Positions 1 through 8,699 of a stretch of 64,000 nt of DNA are shown piece after piece. This DNA comes from an uncultured Gammaproteobacteria bacterium (GTDB lineage: Bacteria; Patescibacteriota; Microgenomatia; Levybacterales; GWA1-39-11): assembly GCA_964427615.1 (NCBI GenBank), contig CAYRUR010000002.1, positions 81,847-145,846 on the forward strand. The letters are read 5' to 3'. Made by a program: the position numbers and the translations under genes. Positions within the stretch are counted from its first letter, which is position 1. Each line of letters begins with the position of its first letter. A model generated the notes under the pieces. That model searched no databases, was not told where the DNA came from, and was given only the letters and a program-made list of their open reading frames with translations.

Positions 1-196
1 GAATTCGGTTATCTTTCTTTTCAACGTGTCCCTCAATTTTTGATACAGAGCCAGAACCATAAAGGTGAAGGTGAAACTCGGGAACACTAACATTTCTATG
101 CTCAACTTTTTGTTTAACGAACAAGCCGATAATTGTAACTGTAACTCCAACGACCCTAATAAGAATCTCAATTAGGTTAAGCGATATGTTTTCCAT
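1..196 (-). CDS. hypothetical small membrane protein, N-terminal portion only (gene runs off the window start)
   Basis: ATG at 196-194 on minus strand opens a frame with no stop down to position 1; translation MENISLNLIEILIRVVGVTVTIIGLFVKQKVEH... contains a hydrophobic helix; absent from ORF track because no stop codon in window. Confidence 0.25.
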   Translation of the reverse strand, partial: MENISLNLIEILIRVVGVTVTIIGLFVKQKVEHRNVSVPEFHLHLYGSGSVSKIEGHVEKKDNRI

Positions 197-423
197 AAGC
201 TAAGCTTCTTTTATAATTTTTTTTAAATTTTCTTACCTGTATCTTCTATCTCCACACTTATTAACTTTTGTTGCTTTCAACTTATACTAAAAATATGTCA
301 AGCAATCAATACTTGAGAGCTCAATCTTACTACAATACTTCTATACAGAAGTGTGCTTAAAACGTTATTAGAAATTGAAATCAGCAAAATTAACTCAACC
401 AATAGCAGTTGCTCTTTATAAAA

Positions 424-497
424 TGCTATACTGAAATAGAGATGGGTAAGAAATCGAAAATTGCTGTTTTTGTCTTTATTGCCATTGATATACAACA
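424..497 (+). repeat. copy 1 of ~73-bp direct repeat: duplicated cyoA promoter (TGcTATACT) plus first 18 codons; 442-504 encodes remnant MGKKSKIAVFVFIAIDIQQS-stop
   Basis: near-identical (1 indel, 1-2 mismatches) to 5645-5718 at the real cyoA start; read directly from sequence. Confidence 0.8.
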
Positions 498-533
498 ATC
501 TTAAGAATACCCCTTTTAATAACACTCCTACAC

Positions 534-1736
534 TTAGACAATTTCCTTCAGAACCTCAATAAATCTATCAATTTCATCTTCAGTGTTATAAAAATGAAGA
601 CTCACCCGTACAGAATCATTTAGTTGATCACCACTCCCTGTGCAATGTGTACCAGTACGCACATACATGTTGTTGCTGTCTAGAATAAAACCAACTTCCT
701 GTGAAACCATATTTTCAATATTGAACGCAATAATGCCATAACCAACTGCGCATCTACAAAATGCAATTCCAGGCAAGAATTCAACTTTATCTAAAGCTCT
801 TAATTTTCCGAGTAAATATTGGCTCAAATGTACTATTCGCTCTTGAATCTTCTCAATTGAAACTTCGTTAATAAAATCTATTGCTTTACCGAGTGAAATA
901 ATTCCAGCAAGATTTTCTGTTCCACCTTCCAAAAGATAGGGTAACTTCTTATAGGTAGTATTTGGTATATCAGATACAGTAGTTCCTCCGCCAACCAAAA
1001 ATGGATAAATTTGATCATGTATTCTTTGATTGATCCATAGAACACCTATTCCTGTTGATGCAAACATCTTATGACCTGAAAAACTAACAAAGTCTACTCC
1101 TAACTCTTGAACGTTCACTGGAATATGACCAATACTTTGAGCAGCATCAAGAGAGATTAAAATATCCTTCCTAGTCTTTTCTCTTATCACCTCAACATCA
1201 GTTTTGACACCATACACATTGTGAACGTGGGTTAGTGCAATAAGACGAGTTTTTTCCGTAACCTTTGATAAAACGTCTTCAACGTTTGCATCTCCTGCTG
1301 AAGTATTTTTGAAAGGAACAATTTTTATCTGGATACCAAATGTTTCTAAGGTGTTTTTAAGATTTATCCAAGGTAATACGTTAGAATCATGGTCTTCAAA
1401 ACAAACCATAATTTCATCATCTTTTTTCAGGTTATGTAATCCCCAAGAATATGCGACAGTATTAAGACTCGCTGTTGCACCTAAGGTAAAAATAACTTCA
1501 TCACAAGAGTTTGCATTAATAAAGTCTTTAACTTTTTCTCTTACTTGTTCAACCTCTCGTGTTACCTTATTGGCAATTACATAGCTACCCCGACCAGCAT
1601 TTGCACAGTATTCTGTAAAATATTTATTGATAGCATCTATTACTACTTTTGGCTTTTGAGTTGTTGAAGCATTGTCAAAATAAATGACCTCTGGATTTGA
1701 TACAAAAAATGGAAATTGATCTTTAAGATTCTGCAT
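534..1736 (-). CDS. class V aminotransferase-fold cysteine desulfurase (SufS/CsdA-like)
   Basis: 400 aa; PLP-lysine motif SGHKM, catalytic-loop Cys in RTGTHCTGS, overall SufS-like architecture; 14-nt overlap with upstream gene. Confidence 0.8.
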   Translation of the reverse strand: MQNLKDQFPFFVSNPEVIYFDNASTTQKPKVVIDAINKYFTEYCANAGRGSYVIANKVTREVEQVREKVKDFINANSCDEVIFTLGATASLNTVAYSWGLHNLKKDDEIMVCFEDHDSNVLPWINLKNTLETFGIQIKIVPFKNTSAGDANVEDVLSKVTEKTRLIALTHVHNVYGVKTDVEVIREKTRKDILISLDAAQSIGHIPVNVQELGVDFVSFSGHKMFASTGIGVLWINQRIHDQIYPFLVGGGTTVSDIPNTTYKKLPYLLEGGTENLAGIISLGKAIDFINEVSIEKIQERIVHLSQYLLGKLRALDKVEFLPGIAFCRCAVGYGIIAFNIENMVSQEVGFILDSNNMYVRTGTHCTGSGDQLNDSVRVSLHFYNTEDEIDRFIEVLKEIV

Positions 1737-3072
1737 TATGTAATTCTCCTATTTTTGCAGGCTTAACTTTTTCTAAAGACAACCCTGCGTCTCTCCATGC
1801 AACAATTCCACCTTCAAGATTATGAGCGTGATAACCTTTGGATTGCAGATACACAACATATTTTTTTGATTGTTCACCAACTGGACAGATAAATAAGACA
1901 GCCTGCTCTTCACAAAAAGGCATATTCCCATCTAATATTTTCACCAAATGTTCTTGAGGAATGTTAATTGATCCTTTTATGTGGGCTGTCTTAAAAGCTA
2001 AATTTGAACGAATATCTATAATGATTGGATTGTGTTCCTTAATCCATTCCTGGACATTTTCTAAGTTTACAGCCGGAGCTTCTAGGCATTGTTCTTCTGT
2101 AATATTTGCAATGCTATCAACTTTGGTTTTTTCACCAAAAACTTCGGGTTTTCGCTCCTTTATATAAGAAATATAGTATTCAAATCTGTCACAAGCAACG
2201 AAAACAGCAGTCTTTTTTTCAGTAAGTTGTGAATCTATCTTCTTAAGATATTGCAGAGTACCTTCAAATGATGCTCCACTCGTTGGCCCTGCTAAAATTC
2301 CACATTGTCTGATAAGAGTTAACATGGCATCAATTGACCTTCTTGAGTCTACCTCTTCTATAGATTCATAAAATTCTTTATCAAAAAGACCTACTTCCCA
2401 CATTTCAGTAATGGTTCTAATTCCTGGAATGTAGTCGTCTGCTGATGAAACAATGCCTACACTTATAAGCTCAGGATTTTGTTTTTTCATATACATTGCT
2501 GTTCCTCGTGTAGACCCTGTTGTTCCAAGTCCTCCAAAGAAGTAATCAACTTTGCTTAAATCATCAGTAATTTCCTTACCTGTAGTTGCATAATGAACCT
2601 CAATGTTTTTTTCATTTGTATATTGGGTTGTGTAATAATACTTATCTTGATTTTGCGTAACAATATTGTCTATATAAGTAAGAGGATCATTTGGATCTGT
2701 AGGGTCAGGACATTCACTTTTCCCAGGAAGCTGTTCTATCTCTGCTCCCATAACTTGTAAGATTGCTTTTACCTCTGGAACTTTAATCCTATTGGTAATT
2801 GTCTTAAAGGGAATACCATAAATTGAGGCAATTGCTTGCAAGACTTTAGCTGTATTCCCACTTGATGATTCAAGAATTGTTTGATTCTTTTCTTTAATAC
2901 TTTGAAGGTCATCTTTAATCATTGCCCAACCAATCCTATCTTTTACTGACCCAAAGGGATTATAAAACTCAAGTTTTGCATATAGGTCAATATTCTTGAG
3001 ACCATGTACTTTGGGGTCAATTTTAAGAAGTGGTGTATTTCCAATCAATTCAGTTATATGTTGATAAATCAT
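1723..3072 (-). CDS. cysteine synthase/cystathionine-beta-synthase family PLP enzyme (fold type II) fused to C-terminal rhodanese domain
   Basis: 449 aa; GSVKDRIG PLP-lysine motif and SSGNTAKV glycine-rich loop of CysK/CBS family; C-terminal ~100 aa with rhodanese active-site Cys (CPVGEQS); start ATGA overlaps stop of next gene. Confidence 0.75.
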   Translation of the reverse strand: MIYQHITELIGNTPLLKIDPKVHGLKNIDLYAKLEFYNPFGSVKDRIGWAMIKDDLQSIKEKNQTILESSSGNTAKVLQAIASIYGIPFKTITNRIKVPEVKAILQVMGAEIEQLPGKSECPDPTDPNDPLTYIDNIVTQNQDKYYYTTQYTNEKNIEVHYATTGKEITDDLSKVDYFFGGLGTTGSTRGTAMYMKKQNPELISVGIVSSADDYIPGIRTITEMWEVGLFDKEFYESIEEVDSRRSIDAMLTLIRQCGILAGPTSGASFEGTLQYLKKIDSQLTEKKTAVFVACDRFEYYISYIKERKPEVFGEKTKVDSIANITEEQCLEAPAVNLENVQEWIKEHNPIIIDIRSNLAFKTAHIKGSINIPQEHLVKILDGNMPFCEEQAVLFICPVGEQSKKYVVYLQSKGYHAHNLEGGIVAWRDAGLSLEKVKPAKIGELHNAES

Positions 3073-4517
3073 AGTTGTTCCTCCAGAAGGTAGGGATTGT
3101 ACTGTTCATCTTCAAACCATAAGAACTTATTGTTCCTCTTCACAACTGCTATTTTTTTTGCTATTTGCTGTTGAATAGTTGCAGATTCTGTAAAATCCAT
3201 ATTGTAGGCAGCAGTATTTACAAAAATTACCAAATCTCCAACCTCAGGAAGTTGTCTTATAAAAGTTTTATGTTTGTAGATAAAATCACTCTCAAGACAT
3301 AAGTTACCAATAAAATAAACCCCATAATCTCCTTCTTCCTTAGTTATATTTTTGTAGATGATAATCGGATCAAGCATCATTTCCTGATCAGTGGAGGCTA
3401 AATTTGAGCGATTCATATCCAATCCAATTAGAATTTCACCTTGAGGAGACTCTTTAACAAAATTTACTTTTGCAATGGTAATACCTGCTTGATTTAATAA
3501 TGATCTTCCTGGTTCAATAACAAGCTGCATCATTATTTCACTGAGAACATCTCCTGCTGATAGATTGTCGTATGAGGAAAGTTTGGTAGATAAAATCTCG
3601 TCTAAATATTCTGCTCCTGCTTGTTTTGTGAAATATTCATAAAAATTAGTAGCTCCCCTAATAACATTGCCCTCATTTCTAAATCCAAAGTTTGTATTAT
3701 GCCAAGTAATTGATGGAATCTTTCCTAAAGCTGCTTGTTGCAAGCTACCTATAAAATCTGTCCACTCTTTTTCATCTGCTATATAGCATATTTTAAAACC
3801 TCCACCAATATTTATAATCTGAGGATTTAACCCAACTTCTTGAAACTTTTCTAGCATTTGGATTAAATTTTCTAATGCAATTGTCTTCTCTTGAGGTGTA
3901 TTTGCATCAAGGTGATAAGAAAAACCTTGAAAGTTAAAAACCTTCCGATTCTCAAGCAGCATATTAGTAACTTTCTTATAGTCTTTAATATCTATCCCAA
4001 ATCTAGAATCTTTTGGAACTATTTTTGTATCTTCCGAACTAAAACCGCCAAAACGAATGAGCGTTTTTACTGATTCTTTATGTTTAATCTTTTTATGTAA
4101 AAGAATAATTTGTTCTAATTCAGAAAAGTTATCAACTTGAATTAGACACCTTTGTTGGATTGCAAGTAATAAGAAAGCTAGATTCTTAGGCCCAGTTACT
4201 TCTATTTCTCCTCCTTGATAACCACTGGCTAAAGCATCTATTAATTCTTTTTCTGATGCAGCATCAATTAGTATTCCTTCATAGTGGGCTTGCTTAACAA
4301 AAGCTTTGGATTTATTAGCTTTGTGAGCATAATAAATCTTTCCTTTTAAGTGGTGTTTTTCAAATATCTGCTGTAAAGATGCTATATTATCACTCAATTT
4401 CTCAGGAAAAATTATATTCAAAGGAGAACCAAAACAATTCAGGAGTGTAGTAATAGTTGATTGCTCATTTATGAATTCCTTAACGAGAGGATCAAGAATA
4501 GGAGTTAATTTGATCAT
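3069..4517 (-). CDS. PLP-dependent decarboxylase, fold III (Orn/DAP/Arg decarboxylase family 2)
   Basis: 482 aa; YAHKAN PLP-lysine motif, GGGF and EPGRSL motifs typical of group IV decarboxylases. Confidence 0.7.
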   Translation of the reverse strand: MIKLTPILDPLVKEFINEQSTITTLLNCFGSPLNIIFPEKLSDNIASLQQIFEKHHLKGKIYYAHKANKSKAFVKQAHYEGILIDAASEKELIDALASGYQGGEIEVTGPKNLAFLLLAIQQRCLIQVDNFSELEQIILLHKKIKHKESVKTLIRFGGFSSEDTKIVPKDSRFGIDIKDYKKVTNMLLENRKVFNFQGFSYHLDANTPQEKTIALENLIQMLEKFQEVGLNPQIINIGGGFKICYIADEKEWTDFIGSLQQAALGKIPSITWHNTNFGFRNEGNVIRGATNFYEYFTKQAGAEYLDEILSTKLSSYDNLSAGDVLSEIMMQLVIEPGRSLLNQAGITIAKVNFVKESPQGEILIGLDMNRSNLASTDQEMMLDPIIIYKNITKEEGDYGVYFIGNLCLESDFIYKHKTFIRQLPEVGDLVIFVNTAAYNMDFTESATIQQQIAKKIAVVKRNNKFLWFEDEQYNPYLLEEQL

Positions 4518-4519
4518 AG

Positions 4520-5476
4520 TTACTTCTGGGGATATTGAAAAGTAACATCAATTTGGTCAGAAATATCTCCATATGCATTAACTATGTAATCTTGGGCAAC
4601 ATATTTTTTATGTAACTCATGGAGTAAATGAAGCTTCTTTTCTCTATCCTCACCTTTCCTTTCTATTAGCTCAACAATTCTCTCAAACAATGCCAACTCT
4701 TGCTCTGATAGAATAGCGATGTCTAATGGAATATCTTGTTGTCTAGCTTGTTTAATTTCCCTCTTCAGCATAAATCCGCCTAGTAACTTATCACCAATCT
4801 TTTGTTTCAAATATTCTAAATCAGCCTCATCTTCTATCTTATTTCCAACTACGTAGAGATTTTCACCTACTCCTGCGTCTTTTGCTAATTGCATGTATTG
4901 TTCATAGACAGAAGTCCCTTCAGGAGTAGGTTCAATTACTAATATTATTGCATCAAACTGTGCATGAAGTGTATTTGAGAATGCATCTGTACCAGCAACC
5001 ATGTCAGATACAATCCACTCATCTTTTTTAAGAACAGTGTGGGAAAGAATATTTTCAAAAATTGCTAAATTTGTATGATAGCAAGCTGTACCAATTTCAT
5101 CACTATCATACGTTCCTACAAACATGTAATAGCCATTATCGGCAAATTTGTGAGCAAATTTTTTTATTAAGTAATCTTCTTTATCTATACTAACTAGACT
5201 TGAACCTTTTCCAGGAGGAGTTGTTTTAACAATGTGTTTATAATCTTTAATTCTATTATTATCCCCTTTTAAGTGCTTACGGATTAATGCGACATTACTA
5301 TGTTCAGATAGAGCAAGATCAGGGTTACGTTCTATACCAAGTAATCCTGAAACATGGATATTAATATCGGCATCAATCGCTAAAACCGTCTTATTATTTC
5401 TAAGTAAGTACTGGATAAATAAGGAAGTAGTTGTACTTTTTCCAGATCCACCTTTTCCAACAAATGCTATTTTCAT
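4520..5476 (-). CDS. SIMIBI-class P-loop NTPase (MinD/ParA/CooC/NifH-like deviant Walker A)
   Basis: Walker A VGKGGSGKSTT; likely start MKIAFVGKGG at 5476 (track ORF extends to 5539); 2-nt gap to upstream decarboxylase stop. Confidence 0.6.
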   Translation of the reverse strand: MKIAFVGKGGSGKSTTTSLFIQYLLRNNKTVLAIDADINIHVSGLLGIERNPDLALSEHSNVALIRKHLKGDNNRIKDYKHIVKTTPPGKGSSLVSIDKEDYLIKKFAHKFADNGYYMFVGTYDSDEIGTACYHTNLAIFENILSHTVLKKDEWIVSDMVAGTDAFSNTLHAQFDAIILVIEPTPEGTSVYEQYMQLAKDAGVGENLYVVGNKIEDEADLEYLKQKIGDKLLGGFMLKREIKQARQQDIPLDIAILSEQELALFERIVELIERKGEDREKKLHLLHELHKKYVAQDYIVNAYGDISDQIDVTFQYPQK

Positions 5477-5627
5477 AACTATAAATGCAATAGAATTGCA
5501 TTTAGTATATGCGAGTGACTCGCATTTGTCAATCCACAAACAGTTAAAACATTCCGAATAAATCTAAATAATTAAGTTGATCTCTGCTTTGAATGTTCCA
5601 ACGGATAAATTCATAAAGGGGATTGTA

Positions 5628-5656
5628 TTCAAATGGTTTCTACAAAATGCTATACT
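5628..5656 (+). promoter_or_regulatory. putative sigma70-type promoter of cyo operon: -35-like TTCAAA (5628-5633), extended -10 TGcTATACT (5648-5656); ATG only 8 nt downstream, so mRNA is leaderless or near-leaderless
   Basis: sequence inspection; no Shine-Dalgarno room before ATG at 5665. Confidence 0.45.
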
Positions 5657-5718
5657 GAATAGAGATGGGTAAGAAATCGAAAATTGCTGTTTTTGCCTTT
5701 ATTGCCATTGATGTACTT
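5645..5718 (+). repeat. copy 2 of ~73-bp direct repeat (native cyoA promoter and 5-prime end)
   Basis: matches 424-497. Confidence 0.8.
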
Positions 5719-6591
5719 CTAGTACTATGGCTCCTGCTTCATGATGCTACATTCCCCGTTCTGCATCCGAATGGTGCCATAGCCATACAAGAGCGGAATC
5801 TTTTTGTCTTTGCCATAGTGCTGGCACTTAGCATTATTCTTCCGGTATTTATCATGACTGCCATTATTGTCATGCGCTATCGTAAAGGAAATACCAAGGC
5901 CTCCTATACCCCCAACTGGAATCGTAACAGAAAATTGGAGGTTCTCTGGTGGATTATTCCCAGCACTATTATCTTTATCCTGGCTGTTGTTACCTGGTAC
6001 ACAACCCATGCACTTGATCCATACAAGCCACTTGCTAGTAACACTAAGCCTATGACCATTCAGGTAGTAGCTCTGCAATGGAAATGGCTTTTTATCTACC
6101 CTGAACAAAATATTGCTACGGTAAATTATGTGGTGTTTCCTGAAAAAACACCGCTCACGTTTGAACTCACAGCAGACGCACCCATGAATTCACTGTGGAT
6201 CCCTCATCTGGGTGGACAGCTCTATGCTATGGCAGGTATGGTTACAAAGCATCACTTAATGGCCAATGAAACTGGTGAATTCCCAGGCTCATCTGCTGAG
6301 ATCAGCGGAGAAGGATTTGCGAGTATGCGCTTTACCGCCAAAGCAACAACAAGCGAAGAATTCGAGCAATGGGTAGAGTCAGTCAAGTCTACTGCTACCC
6401 CCCCACTTGATCAAGCCACATATGATACGTTGGCAAAACCAAACACCCATCCTTCTCCTACCTTTTATGCATCAGTCGAGAAGGATATGTATAATAAAAT
6501 AGTCATGAAGTATAAGCCTTCTAACAACATGCCACAGAATCACAAGATGAACAACGATACATCCATGCCATCAAGTCCTGAGATGCACTGA
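5665..6591 (+). CDS. cyoA: cytochrome bo3-type quinol oxidase subunit II
   Basis: 308 aa; two N-terminal TM helices; region NSLWIPHLGGQLYAMAGMVTKHHLMANETGEFPGSSAEISGEGFASMRF closely parallels E. coli CyoA and lacks the CuA Cys ligands (quinol, not cytochrome c, oxidase). Confidence 0.85.
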   Translation: MGKKSKIAVFAFIAIDVLLVLWLLLHDATFPVLHPNGAIAIQERNLFVFAIVLALSIILPVFIMTAIIVMRYRKGNTKASYTPNWNRNRKLEVLWWIIPSTIIFILAVVTWYTTHALDPYKPLASNTKPMTIQVVALQWKWLFIYPEQNIATVNYVVFPEKTPLTFELTADAPMNSLWIPHLGGQLYAMAGMVTKHHLMANETGEFPGSSAEISGEGFASMRFTAKATTSEEFEQWVESVKSTATPPLDQATYDTLAKPNTHPSPTFYASVEKDMYNKIVMKYKPSNNMPQNHKMNNDTSMPSSPEMH

Positions 6592-6599
6592 TAATTACT

Positions 6600-8573
6600 A
6601 TGCAAGAACTTATTTTTGGAAGATTAACACTTGAAGCACTACCCCATGAGTGGTTCACCATAGGCGGAACAGCTACCGTTATGGGCATGGGAGTAGCAAT
6701 TGCCCTTTTCTTAACCTACACCAAACGCTGGAAATGGCTTTGGAATGAGTGGCTCACTAGCGTAGACCCTAAAAAAATCGGCATCATGTACATCATTGTT
6801 GCTTTTCTGATGTTTGTACGCGGTGGTCTTGATGCTGTCATGATATGGCTTCAGCAGGCACTAGCAAGCGGAGCAGCAACCGGATATCTTACCCCAGATC
6901 ATTTCCAACAGATTTTTACAGCACATGGCAACATCATGGTCTTTTTTGTTACCATGGGTTTTTTGTCCGGACTCCTGAACCTAATTGTGCCCCTGCAGAT
7001 AGGAGCACGTGATGTTGCCTACCCGTTATTAAATACCCTGAGCTTTTGGCTGTATGTAGCAGGTGCAATTTTTGTCAATCTTTTCTTCGTAGTTGGAGGA
7101 GAATTTTCTGCTGTAGGGTGGCTAGCAGTCGCGCCTCTTTCAGGGCCTGAGTATAGTCCTGGTGTTGGTGTCGATTACTGGATTTGGACACTGCAATTAT
7201 CAGGACTTGGAACCATTCTAGCTGGTATTAACTTCTTAGTTACCATTCTTAAAATGCGTGCTCCTGGTATGAGCCTCATGAAAATGCCAATCTTTACCTG
7301 GACTTCACTCTTAAGCATGATCTTGGTGCTCACTGTCTTCCCAATACTGGGCGCAACCACCCTTCTTTTATTTTTAGATCGCTTTTTAGGTATGCACTTA
7401 TTTACTTCAGGTTTTGGAGGAGATCCTATGATGTACGTCAACCTCATCTGGATGTGGGGACATCCTGAAATTTACATTTTAATTCTGCCTGTATTTGGCA
7501 TTTATTCAGAAGTTGTAGCAACCTTTTCACAAAAGCGAATTTTTGGCTATACCTCAACTATGCTCGCTTCAGCAGGAGTTATGCTACTCTCCATGTTAGT
7601 CTGGCTACACCACTTCTTCACTATGGGAGCAGGTGCAAGCGTTAATACTTTTTTTGGTATTATTACTATGCTCATTGCCATTCCAACTGGCGTACAAATA
7701 TTTAACTGGCTCACTACCATGTTTCGCGGAAAAATTGTACTTGCCACTCCTATGTACTGGTTCTTAGGGTTTATCAGTACCTTCTCACTGGGAGGAGTTA
7801 CTGGCGTTATGCTAGGAGTTCCTGGAATTGACTTTCAAGTCCACAACTCTCTTTTTCTGGTTGCGCATTTTCATACCATGGTTATTGGTGGTGCTCTCTT
7901 TGGTATTTTTGCAGGCTTTACGTATTGGTTTCCAAAGATTATGGGTTTTCGGCTCCATGAACGACTTGGCAAATATGCTTTCTGGTGCTGGATTGTCGGC
8001 TTTTTTACTTCCTTTGTACCGCTCTATATCCTAGGACTCATGGGAGCTACGAGAAGACTCGATCACTACACTGACCCTTCCTGGCAGCCACTATTTATCG
8101 TGTCACTTATTGGCAGCATTATTATTACCTGTGGGGTTTTCCTTCAGATATTGCAAATTATTGTAAGTATCAGACAACGCAAGCAACTTGTTGATACAAC
8201 AGGAGATCCTTGGAATGGACGCACCCTGGAATGGTCAACACCTTCTCCTGTCCCCCATTACAACTTTGCTGTTATACCTGCCGTGCAGAGCCGTGATGCA
8301 TTTTGGGAAATGAAATCCTCTCAAGGTGAGCATTCCAAAAACAGAAACATCCAATACAAAGATTTTCACATGCCCAAAAATACGGCAGCAGGAATTTATA
8401 TCTCAGGCTTTCTCTTTCTTCTAGGATTTGCTTTTGTCTGGCATATTATGTGGCTGGTTGTGGCAAGTATCATAGGAGCAATTGCTTGCTTTGTCGTCCG
8501 TGCATTTGATGAAAATACTGAATATGTAGTAACAGCTGAGGAAGTTGAGAAAATGGAAAAGAAATTAGTATAA
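6600..8573 (+). CDS. cyoB: quinol oxidase subunit I (heme-copper oxidase catalytic subunit)
   Basis: 657 aa, 12+ TM helices, HPEIYILILP and WLHHFFTMG motifs. Confidence 0.9.
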   Translation: MQELIFGRLTLEALPHEWFTIGGTATVMGMGVAIALFLTYTKRWKWLWNEWLTSVDPKKIGIMYIIVAFLMFVRGGLDAVMIWLQQALASGAATGYLTPDHFQQIFTAHGNIMVFFVTMGFLSGLLNLIVPLQIGARDVAYPLLNTLSFWLYVAGAIFVNLFFVVGGEFSAVGWLAVAPLSGPEYSPGVGVDYWIWTLQLSGLGTILAGINFLVTILKMRAPGMSLMKMPIFTWTSLLSMILVLTVFPILGATTLLLFLDRFLGMHLFTSGFGGDPMMYVNLIWMWGHPEIYILILPVFGIYSEVVATFSQKRIFGYTSTMLASAGVMLLSMLVWLHHFFTMGAGASVNTFFGIITMLIAIPTGVQIFNWLTTMFRGKIVLATPMYWFLGFISTFSLGGVTGVMLGVPGIDFQVHNSLFLVAHFHTMVIGGALFGIFAGFTYWFPKIMGFRLHERLGKYAFWCWIVGFFTSFVPLYILGLMGATRRLDHYTDPSWQPLFIVSLIGSIIITCGVFLQILQIIVSIRQRKQLVDTTGDPWNGRTLEWSTPSPVPHYNFAVIPAVQSRDAFWEMKSSQGEHSKNRNIQYKDFHMPKNTAAGIYISGFLFLLGFAFVWHIMWLVVASIIGAIACFVVRAFDENTEYVVTAEEVEKMEKKLV

Positions 8574-8699
8574 AGTATGAAGAAGTAAGTATTAAGTATG
8601 GAATTAAGAACAGTAGACAGTATACGGAAAACAGAGAAAAAATTTAGAATTTCGAATTTAGTATTTAGAATTTAAAATTAACAAGTTTAGTTATTAACT
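8574..8699. repeat. intergenic low-complexity repeat region (gaattaag/taagta units; contains 21-nt exact inverted match to 38588-38608)
   Basis: 8643-8663 tttagaatttcgaatttagta is exact reverse complement of 38588-38608. Confidence 0.6.

Noticed and set aside
298-525. 75-aa minus-strand ORF in the AT-rich spacer
   Set aside because: It overlaps the duplicated cyoA promoter fragment, has low-complexity composition and no ribosome-binding site. It is more likely intergenic.
1309-1584. 91-aa plus-strand ORF inside the cysteine desulfurase gene, and similar nested or antisense ORFs (1961-2167, 3891-4073, 5725-6108, 7175-7447, 7547-7747, 8687-9358, 9831-10055, 12592-12874, 13190-13411, 20454-21927 set, 24336-24745, 35347-35778, 54505-55461 set, 58757-59157, 59866-60374, 62161-63255, 63506-63862)
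   Set aside because: They lie entirely within, and antisense or out of frame to, longer ORFs with clear family motifs. In this AT-rich genome, stop-poor antisense frames of this length are expected by chance.
4520-5539. Calling the P-loop protein NifH/BchL-like because of the GKGG(S)GKSTT Walker A
   Set aside because: No conserved Fe-S cluster-ligating cysteine pattern was evident, so it is left as a generic SIMIBI-class ATPase.
5665-6591. Possibility that the oxidase is a cytochrome c (aa3/caa3-type) oxidase
   Set aside because: Subunit II lacks the CuA Cys-x3-Cys ligands and carries the quinol-oxidase-type replacement block, so it is called a bo3-type quinol oxidase.
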